Below, one piece after another: positions 1 through 8,980 of a stretch of DNA of 64,000 nucleotides; position 1 is the first letter of the stretch, and the number at the start of each line of letters is the position of its first letter. Position numbers and translations under genes: made by a program. The stretch covers positions 1,600,001-1,664,000 of the forward strand of contig OY762209.1 of assembly GCA_963665295.1 (NCBI GenBank). Direction: 5' to 3'. Below the pieces are notes generated by a model, which saw nothing but the letters and a program-made list of their open reading frames with translations, was not told where the DNA came from and ran no database searches. Source of the DNA: Syntrophorhabdaceae bacterium. Its GTDB lineage: Bacteria > Desulfobacterota > Syntrophorhabdia > Syntrophorhabdales > Syntrophorhabdaceae.

Positions 1-32
1 ACAAACAGCAACGCAACTGATCTTCTAATCAT
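1..32 (-). CDS. N-terminus of a probable TRAP substrate-binding protein (runs off window edge)
   Basis: ATG at 32 after a purine-rich AAGGGGG; reads MIRRSVALLF (signal-peptide-like); directly downstream of dctQM, where DctP is expected. Confidence 0.45.
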   Translation of the reverse strand, partial: MIRRSVALLF

Positions 33-99
33 TTTGTTACCCCCTTTTTTTTGTGTGTTCATAGTATGGTGTATCATTTTGCCTCCCCTTGTTCAATTA

Positions 100-1401
100 T
101 CACTTATAAAACACCGAAGGCAGCCAGAGAGCGAGCTGGGGAAACGCGAAGAGCAGGCCCCACATGACGCACAGAGAGATGAGGAAGGGGGCCACCCCTT
201 TATAGATCTTACCCATGGGCTCCTTGGTAATGTTCTTCACCACGAAGACACAGACCGCCACAGGGGGAATGACCACCCCGATCATGACCACCACCCCGAT
301 GACGATGCCGAACCAGAGGGGAGAGAACCCCAGCTTGAGTACGGCAGGGTAGAAGATGGGGGTCGCGAGGATCATGAAGGCGAGGTCGTCGATAAAAGAG
401 CCTCCCAGCTCATAGACGAGACAGATGAGGAACATGATCACGTACCGGTTGAGGGGCAGCGCCACGATCCAGTCCGCCGCGTTCTGGGGAATGTTGGTGA
501 CGGCAATGAAGTGGCCCAGGATGGTGGAGCCTGCAATGAGCATAAGGAGCATGCCCGAGGTACGAAGGGCTTCGGTTACGGACTTGGTATACCCGAAGAA
601 CTTGAGGTCCCCCTTGGAGACGGCAAGGACAAGGACCGCGAAGGTGCCTACGGCCCCTGCCTCGGAGGGGGTGAAGAAGCCCTGCATGATGCCTCCCACC
701 ACGAGGATGAAGACGAGGCCGATCCAGGCCACCTCGGGAAGGGACTGGATTCTCGCCTTCCAGGTTGCCTTAATGGACTTGGGGGCGAGGTTCGGGTTGA
801 TCTTCGCCCATCCGTAGATGATCCCGAGAAAGAAGATGGCGATCATGAACCCGGGGATCATGCCTGCGAGAAAGAGCTGTCCTATGGACTGCTCGGTGAG
901 TATGCCGAAGATGATGAGGACCACGGAGGGAGGGATGATGCAGCCCAGTGTCCCCACGGTGGCCACGATACCCGTGGAGAGCCTCCGGTCATAGCCGAAG
1001 CGGTCCATCTCGGGGATGGCGACGCTTGCAAAGGTGGCCGAGGTGGCGGCGGAAGAGCCGCAGATGGCCTTGAACGCCGTAGCGCCTAAAACGGTGGCCA
1101 TGGCAAGGCCCCCGGGGATGTGGCCCACGAACCTGTTGGCCGCCCCGTAGAGGCGTACCGCGATGCCCGCGTTGAAGCCGATCTGGCCCATGAGGATGAA
1201 GAGGGGGAAGACCGTGTAGCCGTAGTTGGTGATGACATCATAAACGTCCCTTCCGATGAGGTTCATGGCGGAGGGGAGTCCGTTCAAGTATGCAAAGCCC
1301 GCAAAGCCCACGAGGGCCATGGCGAAACCCAGTTCGATGCCCGTGCCGAAAAGGAGCAGGAGCACTGCAAGGGCGATAATACCTACCGTGATCTCATTCA
1401 T
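100..1401 (-). CDS. dctM: TRAP transporter large permease
   Basis: 433 aa, highly hydrophobic, with ICGSSAATSATF and GCIIPPSVVLIIFG motifs typical of DctM. Confidence 0.93.
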   Translation of the reverse strand: MNEITVGIIALAVLLLLFGTGIELGFAMALVGFAGFAYLNGLPSAMNLIGRDVYDVITNYGYTVFPLFILMGQIGFNAGIAVRLYGAANRFVGHIPGGLAMATVLGATAFKAICGSSAATSATFASVAIPEMDRFGYDRRLSTGIVATVGTLGCIIPPSVVLIIFGILTEQSIGQLFLAGMIPGFMIAIFFLGIIYGWAKINPNLAPKSIKATWKARIQSLPEVAWIGLVFILVVGGIMQGFFTPSEAGAVGTFAVLVLAVSKGDLKFFGYTKSVTEALRTSGMLLMLIAGSTILGHFIAVTNIPQNAADWIVALPLNRYVIMFLICLVYELGGSFIDDLAFMILATPIFYPAVLKLGFSPLWFGIVIGVVVMIGVVIPPVAVCVFVVKNITKEPMGKIYKGVAPFLISLCVMWGLLFAFPQLALWLPSVFYK

Positions 1402-1879
1402 ACTGGCCCCTCCATATTTTGATAATGTCCCTCACGAAGACGAGGACCTCGATGAAGCAGCAGACCCCTACCCCATAGGCCACGGGGAAGAAGGGAAGCT
1501 TTAATGTGGGTGAGACCTCGCCGGAGGTGTGGAACTCGTTGCCCACGCTGAAGAGGTTGTATCCTATGATGAGAAAGAGAATGATGCAGAGAATGCGCGT
1601 AAAGGTGTTGAAGATGTTTTTCCAGTCCCGGGGCATCTTCTCTATGAGAAACTCCATGAACACGTGACCCCGGTCCATGGAGACCCTCGGGATGCCGAAG
1701 CCGATGACGAGGGCCAACGCGAGGCCCACGATCTCGTAGGTGCCGAGGATCGGGTGGCCGCCTGCCCGCATGAGCACGTCGGCAACAGTTAAGAACATCA
1801 TGAACGTAAGGGCCGTACCGCCGATGATGTTGAGGATTTTACTTGCCGTGTTTAAGAACTTATCGAGTATACCTTCCAT
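1394..1879 (-). CDS. dctQ: TRAP transporter small permease
   Basis: 161 aa, about 4 TM segments, overlaps the dctM start, GGAGG RBS. Confidence 0.9.
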   Translation of the reverse strand: MEGILDKFLNTASKILNIIGGTALTFMMFLTVADVLMRAGGHPILGTYEIVGLALALVIGFGIPRVSMDRGHVFMEFLIEKMPRDWKNIFNTFTRILCIILFLIIGYNLFSVGNEFHTSGEVSPTLKLPFFPVAYGVGVCCFIEVLVFVRDIIKIWRGQYE

Positions 1880-2208
1880 AATACCTCCTTTCCCTTATAC
1901 CTTTGAACCCCCCTTGATGGAGCGGACCATGGTGCGGTCCTCTCCCGCATGAAACCTGTACTGATGGTGTGTATGGCACAGAATAGCTGATTGTGGTGTG
2001 AGAAAAAGTGTGAAAGACCGGCGGGTTATCGTCGAATAACGTGTATTAACAATTAGTCGGCCCATCCTGCCGTCTCTCCTTTGAGTCGTCTGAACTGCCG
2101 TTTCTTTCTTCATCCTGTTGCCGGCCGGATGTTCCCGCCCGGGTCGCGGTCTCCTTTGACCCTCCCTCCATGCCTGACCAGCCTTTCGGGAGTCAGGACG
2201 GCAGGGAT

Positions 2209-2236
2209 AAAAGCGGGGGCCGTATCGCCGGCCCCC
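2209..2236 (-). terminator. Probable intrinsic terminator after the thiolase
   Basis: Minus strand GGGGGCCG-gcgata-CGGCCCCC followed by GCTTTT. Confidence 0.55.
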
Positions 2237-2250
2237 AATGTATTACCGTC

Positions 2251-3453
2251 CTAGTCTACCTTCAGCACCAGGGAAGCCGCCGTATCACCGGCGGAGCAAC
2301 CCGTCACGAGCCCGTAGCCTCCTCCCAGGAGGACCAGCTCTTCGATAAGCTCACATACCGCCCTGCCTATGGTCGGTCCCTGGGGATGACCATAGATCAG
2401 GGAGCTTCCGTTGTTGTTCATCTTCATCACATCGTAGCCCAACTTCTTCGCAAAGGCAAGGTCATTGACCGCGAAGGGGTTATGGGTCTTTATGGCCTTC
2501 ATGTCCGATACCTTGAGACCCGCGTTGGCAAGGGCCATCTCGGAGGCGGGGATCGGGGCAGCAGGCATGAACATGGGTTTTACGCGGGCGAAGCCGTAGG
2601 AGACGATCTGAATCTCCCTCTTCGGGTCCGCGCTCAACTCCTTCGCCTTGTCCCTCGTGGTAACGATGATCCCGCAGTTACCATCGGCGGGAAAGGTCTG
2701 AGCGCCGAAGCTGAGACAGCCGCCGGGTACGACCGGTTTCAGCTTGGCCAGACCTTCCGCCGTGGTGGGGGTCCAACCTTCATCTACTTCCATCAATTTG
2801 GTCTTTTTCCTGGTCACCGTGACCTCGGGGGAGAACATGTAACGCTTCTGGAATGCGCGGTCGTTGGCGATGGCGTCCTGGTACTGCTGAAAACGGCGTA
2901 AGACTACCGTGTCGCACTCTTCCTTCGTGATCCCCACTTCCTTGGCGACGTTCTCCGCGGTCTGCACCATCGCAGCGCGGTGTCTCGGGGTGCCGCTGAA
3001 GTTATCCATGTTCCAGTCTTCCCTGTCGGGCTGGCCGCCGGGACCTAAGGGGTCTGCCCACGTGGTGTGGGGTCCGTTGGAGCAGCGGTCCGCCATGAGG
3101 GCATACCCTACATCGTAGACGCCGAGCTCCAGGTCCTTTGCAATAAGGTTCAGGATCGTGGTCGATGTGGCGCACGCCTGGTTCACGAACAGGGCGGGCA
3201 CGAACTTCTGGTCATCCGTCAGCATGGCGGCGGCGTAGTTGTGGGCACAGAACCAGTGGTTCTGGGCCACGGTGGAACCGAAATACATGTAATCCATGAC
3301 CGTGGGGTCAAGGTTCTTCTCAAGGAACCATCTCCTTGCCGTTTTTGCTGCCAGTTCCACGGCGTTGTCGTTCTGCATGCTCCCCTGCCAGCGTGAGAAG
3401 GGGGTTGAATAATAGCCCTTGTAAGGGATGTAGGCTTTCGTATACTTGTTCAT
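2251..3453 (-). CDS. Thiolase-family acyl-CoA acyltransferase
   Basis: NQACATS (catalytic Cys), ADG, GHPQG and C-terminal GCSAGD motifs; start moved to ATG 3453 (AAGGAGG RBS). Confidence 0.88.
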   Translation of the reverse strand: MNKYTKAYIPYKGYYSTPFSRWQGSMQNDNAVELAAKTARRWFLEKNLDPTVMDYMYFGSTVAQNHWFCAHNYAAAMLTDDQKFVPALFVNQACATSTTILNLIAKDLELGVYDVGYALMADRCSNGPHTTWADPLGPGGQPDREDWNMDNFSGTPRHRAAMVQTAENVAKEVGITKEECDTVVLRRFQQYQDAIANDRAFQKRYMFSPEVTVTRKKTKLMEVDEGWTPTTAEGLAKLKPVVPGGCLSFGAQTFPADGNCGIIVTTRDKAKELSADPKREIQIVSYGFARVKPMFMPAAPIPASEMALANAGLKVSDMKAIKTHNPFAVNDLAFAKKLGYDVMKMNNNGSSLIYGHPQGPTIGRAVCELIEELVLLGGGYGLVTGCSAGDTAASLVLKVD

Positions 3454-3463
3454 GTGTTCCTCC

Positions 3464-4228
3464 TTAAAATACAAACAGATCGAGTCCGCCCATCATGTTG
3501 ACGACGGCGCCGGTCATGTATGCCGCTTTGTCGGATACGACGAAGGCGATGGCCTCGCCTATCTCTGCAGGCTCGGCAGGTCTGCGAAGGGCGATCCTCT
3601 TCTCGAATTTCTGACGGGTCTCTTCGGGGATGGGCTCATAGTAGGCCTCCGTATTGGCCGTGCCTATCAAGACCACGTTGGCGGTGATGCCGTGCCGTGC
3701 GCCTTCGAGGGCCGCCGACTTTGCCATGCCTATGAGGCCCGCCTTGGCCGCGCCGTAGCTCGACTGGCCGGAACCACCCATGACGCCCGCTACCGAGGAC
3801 ATGTTGACGATGCGTCCCCACTTCTTTGCCGTCATATCGGCCCATGCCTCCTTGATGCAGTAGAAGGCGGAGTTGAGACAGAGCTTCACCTCGTTGTCCC
3901 AGTCTTCCACGTTGGTCTTCGCAATGGTCACCATGCGGCGCATCTGGGCTGCGTTGTTGACAAGGATGTCTACGGGACCCATCTCCGCCTTGATGGCGGC
4001 GAAACCCTTCTGCACGTCCCCATAGTCTCTTCCGTTCATCCTCACTGCCATGGACCTGCGGCCCATGGCGCGGATCTCAGCCGCTACCTTCTCCACGCCG
4101 TCCATGTTGTTGAAGCCTGTTACCACCACATCCGCCCCATCTCTGGCGATGGCCAGGGCTGCGGCCCTCCCGATGCCGTGGGGCATTGACGCGCCTGTTA
4201 CGAGTGCAAGCTTACCTTCTGATCCCAT
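3464..4228 (-). CDS. SDR-family oxidoreductase (FabG-like)
   Basis: VTGAS..GIG, NNAA and YGAAK motifs. Confidence 0.92.
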   Translation of the reverse strand: MGSEGKLALVTGASMPHGIGRAAALAIARDGADVVVTGFNNMDGVEKVAAEIRAMGRRSMAVRMNGRDYGDVQKGFAAIKAEMGPVDILVNNAAQMRRMVTIAKTNVEDWDNEVKLCLNSAFYCIKEAWADMTAKKWGRIVNMSSVAGVMGGSGQSSYGAAKAGLIGMAKSAALEGARHGITANVVLIGTANTEAYYEPIPEETRQKFEKRIALRRPAEPAEIGEAIAFVVSDKAAYMTGAVVNMMGGLDLFVF

Positions 4229-4277
4229 AATGAACCTCCCTTTAATGTAGTTATCTTTTCTTCACACGTCACGGGTA

Positions 4278-4430
4278 TTAATCTTCCGCAGGTGTGATGA
4301 ACTGCAGTATATAAAGAAACGTAAGGATGATCTCCGCGTTCTTCTTTATGGCGTTATTGCCGTCCGCGAGGGCCTTGAGCCTCTCCGCGCTTTTCTGAAG
4401 GTTATCTATTTCTTTTCTTATCTCGTCCAT
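4278..4430 (-). CDS. 50-aa helical microprotein (MDEIRKEIDNLQKSAERLKALADGNNAIKKNAEIILTFLYILQFITPAED)
   Basis: Absent from ORF track; GGAGG RBS, ATG at 4430, TAA at 4278; fills the gap between the CoA ligase and the SDR; similar to 7122..7301. Confidence 0.75.
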   Translation of the reverse strand: MDEIRKEIDNLQKSAERLKALADGNNAIKKNAEIILTFLYILQFITPAED

Positions 4431-4453
4431 TTACGGCCACCTCCGTTAGTTAT

Positions 4454-5761
4454 TTAGTGCGCTCCCCTCATGTCCTTGAATCTCTTCGCCTTGAGCTCAT
4501 ACCTCGGGAGGGCGCCTGCGGGTTCCACCTTCGTGGTGCAGGAGAGGTTCGTCTTTATCTTGTGCCTTTCGGAGAGCCTCTTCGCGACCGCCTCGGCTTC
4601 CTGGGGGGAGAGAGAGGGATCTACCTCGATCCGTGCCAGGATCTTGTCCATGATCCCTTCACGGGTTACGACAAGCTCATATTCCTTGATCTCGGGGAAT
4701 TCCGATCTCACGAGCTGCTCCACCGTCTTGGGGGAGAAGAGGACGCCCCGTATCTTCGTGATGTCGTCTACCCTTCCCACGATCTCCATCATCTTCTGGG
4801 AGGTCCTTCCGCATTCGCAGGTGGAGGGGCCCTTTACCGCCACGTCGTTGGTGTTGAACCGTATGACAGGGAAGGAGTGCCTTCCCAGGGGGGTTACTAC
4901 AAGGACGCCCTGCTCGCCTTCGGCTACTTCCTTGGAGAGGGTCTCTCTGTCGAGGAACTCTACGAGGAAGAGGGGTTCGATGATGTGGAGTCCCTGCTGG
5001 GCCTCGCACATGCCCGCGAAGCCGCAGGTCTCGGTGGAGCCTATATGGTCGAACATTTTGCATCCATAGGTGTCTTCTATCTTTTTACGGGTCGCCTCGG
5101 GAAGGGGCTCGCCTGCGCCCAATATCCTCTCGATCCCGAAGGTCTTGGGGTCGATGCCCATGGACATGGCTTCCTGGGCGATATTGAGGGTATAGGTGGG
5201 GGTGCCCGCCATAGCGGTGGCCTTGAGTTCGAGGATCTTGTTGACCCTGCCCTTGGTATCCAAGGCGCCGCCGGGGATTACCTCACACCCGAGTTTCTCG
5301 GCTGCGTAGTGGGCTTCCCAGAATGCCACGTACACGTTATACCCGAAGGGAAGGAAGAGCCTGTGGCGGGGCCTGAAGCCTGCCATATAGAGTATGTGGC
5401 ACCATGATTCGATCCTCCACTGCCAGCTCTCGTAGGACTCGGGCACATAGACGGGTTTGCCCGTGGTGCCGCTTGTCTGCCTGAAGGTGCATACCTCCTC
5501 GATGGGAACGCCCAGGAGTCCTCCGTAGGGGAAGGGGGTCACATCCTCCTGCCACTTCCGGAGTTCCTCCTTGTAGGTGAAAGGGACCTTCTTGATGTCT
5601 TCGAAGGTCTTGATATCCCCTGCCTCTATCCCCTTCAGTTTTTCTTTGTAAAGATTGGAATGGGCCTTGCCGTAGGAAACGAGGTCCTTAAAATACTTCA
5701 ACTCCACCTTGTTCAGCGTCTCCCGGGGTAATGTCTCCGTGTACGCGTTCCAGTACTCCAT
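4454..5761 (-). CDS. paaK: Phenylacetate-CoA ligase family protein (paralog 1)
   Basis: QTSGTTGKP adenylation loop, GAGEP, GRVDDITKIRGV, terminal KAKRFKDMR. Confidence 0.85.
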   Translation of the reverse strand: MEYWNAYTETLPRETLNKVELKYFKDLVSYGKAHSNLYKEKLKGIEAGDIKTFEDIKKVPFTYKEELRKWQEDVTPFPYGGLLGVPIEEVCTFRQTSGTTGKPVYVPESYESWQWRIESWCHILYMAGFRPRHRLFLPFGYNVYVAFWEAHYAAEKLGCEVIPGGALDTKGRVNKILELKATAMAGTPTYTLNIAQEAMSMGIDPKTFGIERILGAGEPLPEATRKKIEDTYGCKMFDHIGSTETCGFAGMCEAQQGLHIIEPLFLVEFLDRETLSKEVAEGEQGVLVVTPLGRHSFPVIRFNTNDVAVKGPSTCECGRTSQKMMEIVGRVDDITKIRGVLFSPKTVEQLVRSEFPEIKEYELVVTREGIMDKILARIEVDPSLSPQEAEAVAKRLSERHKIKTNLSCTTKVEPAGALPRYELKAKRFKDMRGAH

Positions 5762-5900
5762 GGTTTACCTCCCCTGCTGCTTGGAATTGGTTGCTGCGCC
5801 TCTGGCTTGCATCGCATGGCAGACCATACCGTTCCCGGCTGATCGCTGAAAAGGTCCTTCCTTACAGAGTGCCATGCTTTTGTTTACCCTGTCCGAAAAG

Positions 5901-5961
5901 TTCATTTAACGAAATACATGTTCATTGAGTGACATTTTATCACACCCAAGAAGTTTGTCAA
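5901..5961 (-). promoter_or_regulatory. Sigma70 promoter plus tandem IclR-type operator for the paaK-1 operon
   Basis: Minus strand TTGACA-16-TAAAAT with TG extension; palindromic TTCATTTAACGAA (5901) and TTCATTGAGTGAC (5921), 20-bp period. Confidence 0.6.
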
Positions 5962-6138
5962 GACAAAAAAGCACGGCCTGACAAATTTCTTCAGGCTCTT
6001 GTAAACATATGGCCTGCGGCCTTCTTGTTGTGGTGTGGTGCGGAAAAGTGGTTGAAAACAAAGCGTAAAACGCCGTTGACCCGGAGGGAGCGCGGGGAGA
6101 ATGTGCCTTAAGTGATCGTAATGCTCAGACGTGCAATT

Positions 6139-6939
6139 CTATGCGGGGTAACCTTTTTTGGCGATGTAGCCCAACTCGGCGGAGATATTCCGCGCCGTTG
6201 CCAGGGCCTCTTTCAGCATCCGTTTCACGCTTTTGGCGTCTTCCGAGGACGAGATGAATGCGACGCCGATGGCGGCAATGACCCTTCCCGTGGAGTCGTG
6301 GATAGGGGCGCCTATACCGCTGATACCGTCCATGGCCGTCTCCTCGTCGATGGCAAAGCCTTTTTCCCGTATCTCATGGAACCACGCGAGGTACTCCTGG
6401 GTGGAGAGGCGTGATTTTTTCGCCGTGGGAGCAGGGGGCCGTCTTTCGAGAAGCCTTTCTATCTCGTCGTCCGGCAGGTAGGCTATGATGGCGGGCCCCA
6501 CCATTCCCCAGGTCGGGGGACGCCTCCGCCCCACCTCCGAGGTAAAACGGATGGGGTTCCGTGGGTCTTCCTTTTTGTCGATGTAAAGCAGGTCGTCGTT
6601 GTCGAGCACTCCGAGGAAGACGGTCTTTCCAAGCCTTACCTGGAGCTGGATCAAGTGGTAGGACGCGAGTTTTCTGAGGGAGAACGAGTTGAGGACTATG
6701 CTGCCCAACTCGAAGAGTCTGAGACCGAGGGAATAGCGCTTTGACTCGGGGTCCTGTCTCAGGAAGTTGTACTTCACCAGCGTCGAGCACAGTCTGAGAA
6801 CGGTCGCTCTCGGCAGGTTCAGGGCTGCGGCGAGTTGCGCCAGGGTAAGGGCCGCCTGCTCGTTGTCAAAAGCGTTCAATATTTGCAGGGCCCTCTCAAG
6901 GGACCTGTTATAAAAACCTTCTTCCTTTTCTTGATCCAT
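6139..6939 (-). CDS. IclR-family transcriptional regulator
   Basis: N-terminal SLERALQILNAF HTH and C-terminal GIGAPI effector domain; start probably ATG 6939. Confidence 0.93.
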   Translation of the reverse strand: MDQEKEEGFYNRSLERALQILNAFDNEQAALTLAQLAAALNLPRATVLRLCSTLVKYNFLRQDPESKRYSLGLRLFELGSIVLNSFSLRKLASYHLIQLQVRLGKTVFLGVLDNDDLLYIDKKEDPRNPIRFTSEVGRRRPPTWGMVGPAIIAYLPDDEIERLLERRPPAPTAKKSRLSTQEYLAWFHEIREKGFAIDEETAMDGISGIGAPIHDSTGRVIAAIGVAFISSSEDAKSVKRMLKEALATARNISAELGYIAKKGYPA

Positions 6940-7121
6940 ATGTTTCACCTACTGAAATTAGTTTGATTAATCTGCACCATAAAGTCGCTTCCTGTCAACA
7001 AAAAAGCGGAAATCCCGCGTCCTTGCACGGCTCCCCGCACGCACTTGCCCTGCGGGCGAGCCTCCGGGGACTGTATCCGGGGACTCGCGTTCGCAAGGTC
7101 TACCTGTCTCAAATCCGGGGG

Positions 7122-7301
7122 CTAGAGAAGCTCCCGGACGTCACTTATGTTCAGCTCCAGCATCTTCGTGCTTGAGAGGAGTCTTACCACATTCCTCTTC
7201 ACCGCTTCGATGCCCTCACCCAGTCGATCGATCTCCTCCGCGGTTGCGCGGAGCAGTTTTATCTTGTCATCCATGGCCTTAAGGTCGTATCCGGTACTCA
7301 T
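7122..7301 (-). CDS. 59-aa helical microprotein (MSTGYDLKAMDDKIKLLRATAEEIDRLGEGIEAVKRNVVRLLSSTKMLELNISDVRELL)
   Basis: AGGAGG RBS right after the paaK-2 stop; similar to 4278..4430. Confidence 0.75.
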   Translation of the reverse strand: MSTGYDLKAMDDKIKLLRATAEEIDRLGEGIEAVKRNVVRLLSSTKMLELNISDVRELL

Positions 7302-7309
7302 GGCTCCTC

Positions 7310-8635
7310 CTAATGTTTTCTCAGGTCTTTGAATCTCTTCGCCTTCACCTCGTACCGGGGAAGGCTGCCGAAGGGGTGGACCTCCATCTTGTAGCCCAGG
7401 TTGGTCTTTACCCTGAGCTGGTCTTTGAGGCGAAGGAGGATGCCGTCCTTGTCCCCCTGACACTCCGGCTTGATCTCTATCTTGAGAAGGATGTCGTCGA
7501 TATCTCCCCTTTTGCTTACCACTACTTCGTACTCGTCGGAAAGCTCATTGAAGCTCCGTACCACCTCTTCTATGGCGGTAGGCGCGAGGAGCACACCCTT
7601 CACCTTGGTGATGTCGTCGGCCCTGCCCACGACGCCGCCGTCGATGATGCGGAAGGTCCTGCCGCAATCGCAGGAATAGTCTGCCCAGCGGATCACGTCC
7701 TTCGAGTCGAACCTGATGCACGGCTTCGCGATCCTGTCGAAGGCGGTGATGACCATCTTGCCGTTCCGGTTCGGCTCCTCGATGATCTCGCCCGTGTCCA
7801 CGTCCTCGATCTCCACGAGGAAGAAGCCCTCGTTCACATGAAGGCCCCTCTGGGCGGTGCAACTGTAGCTCCATGCGCCTATCTCCGTGGCGCCTATGTG
7901 GTCGTACACCTTTGCACCCCAGGCCTCTTCGATCCTCTGCTTCGTGGTGGGTATGCTCGCGCCCGGTTCTCCCGCACAGGTAATCCTCTTGATGCCGATG
8001 GACCTGGGGTCGATCCCGATCTTTCTCGCCGTGTCGGCCATGCCGAGGACGTAGGTGGGGGTCGCGCCGAAGGCGGTACACTTAAGCTCCTGCATCTTCA
8101 TGATCCGCGCCTCCGTATCGAGGACGCCTCCCGGCACCACCTCGCAGCCCAGTTTCTCCGCCGCATAGTGGGCGGCCCAGAAGGCCACGAATATATTGTA
8201 CCCGAAGGGGATGAACATCCTGTCCGTATCCCGGTAGCCCTGGGCGTAGAGAATATATGCCCAGCTCTCCGCCCACCAGTCCCAGTCCTGCCATGTATCG
8301 GCCTGGTAGACAGGGGTGCCTGTGGTACCGCTGGTCTGGCGGAATTCGGTTACATCCTTGAGGGGTACGGCGAGGATGTCGCCATAGGGGAAGGGCTCCC
8401 TCGTCTGCACGTCCCGGAGCATGCCCTTATCCGTCTTCGGGACCTTCCTGATGTCCTCATAGGTCCTGATGTCTCCCGGTTCAATACCTGCGTCCTTGTA
8501 GAGCTTCCGGTAGAAGGGTGAATTGGTGTAGGCCCACTCCATTATCCTCCTGAACTTCTTCACCTGAAGCTCGCGGAGCTTTTCCCGGGGCAGTGTTTCA
8601 AGCAGCGGATTCCAATAGATACTGTTGTCTGGCAT
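7310..8635 (-). CDS. paaK: Phenylacetate-CoA ligase family protein (paralog 2)
   Basis: QTSGTTGTP, CAGEPG, GRADDITKVKGV; start ATG 8635 with GGAGG RBS. Confidence 0.85.
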   Translation of the reverse strand: MPDNSIYWNPLLETLPREKLRELQVKKFRRIMEWAYTNSPFYRKLYKDAGIEPGDIRTYEDIRKVPKTDKGMLRDVQTREPFPYGDILAVPLKDVTEFRQTSGTTGTPVYQADTWQDWDWWAESWAYILYAQGYRDTDRMFIPFGYNIFVAFWAAHYAAEKLGCEVVPGGVLDTEARIMKMQELKCTAFGATPTYVLGMADTARKIGIDPRSIGIKRITCAGEPGASIPTTKQRIEEAWGAKVYDHIGATEIGAWSYSCTAQRGLHVNEGFFLVEIEDVDTGEIIEEPNRNGKMVITAFDRIAKPCIRFDSKDVIRWADYSCDCGRTFRIIDGGVVGRADDITKVKGVLLAPTAIEEVVRSFNELSDEYEVVVSKRGDIDDILLKIEIKPECQGDKDGILLRLKDQLRVKTNLGYKMEVHPFGSLPRYEVKAKRFKDLRKH

Positions 8636-8781
8636 GACCTTGCCTCCTCTAATATTAGATACCGACAAATCTTACCGGCATAGCGCCCGTGCCGGGAATG
8701 TCCATCATCGCTCTCGTGCTGCCCCGCTCCTCCGGGTATGACCCGGCGGACGCGTCGGTACTGCCGGGGAAGAGACGATCC

Positions 8782-8843
8782 CTGTTCGTCTAATGAAATG
8801 ACTGTTCGTCTAATGATGTTAACACGTATACAGTTTTTGTCAA
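8782..8843 (-). promoter_or_regulatory. Sigma70 promoter plus tandem IclR-type operator for paaK-2
   Basis: Direct repeat CTGTTCGTCTAATGA at 8782 and 8802 (20-bp period, TTCGT-N3-ATGAA pseudo-palindrome); minus-strand TTGACA at 8843-8838. Confidence 0.6.
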
Positions 8844-8980
8844 GGAAAAAAACGCGAGGCTGCGGCGTTATTTTGTTATGGCAACGTAAGAGAACGGTTT
8901 AAAAGGGTTTGTCCGGTTGACCTTTGTGGCGGACGACCGGACAAACGTATAATCGGAAACGATGAAACGTGGGGCTGTTC

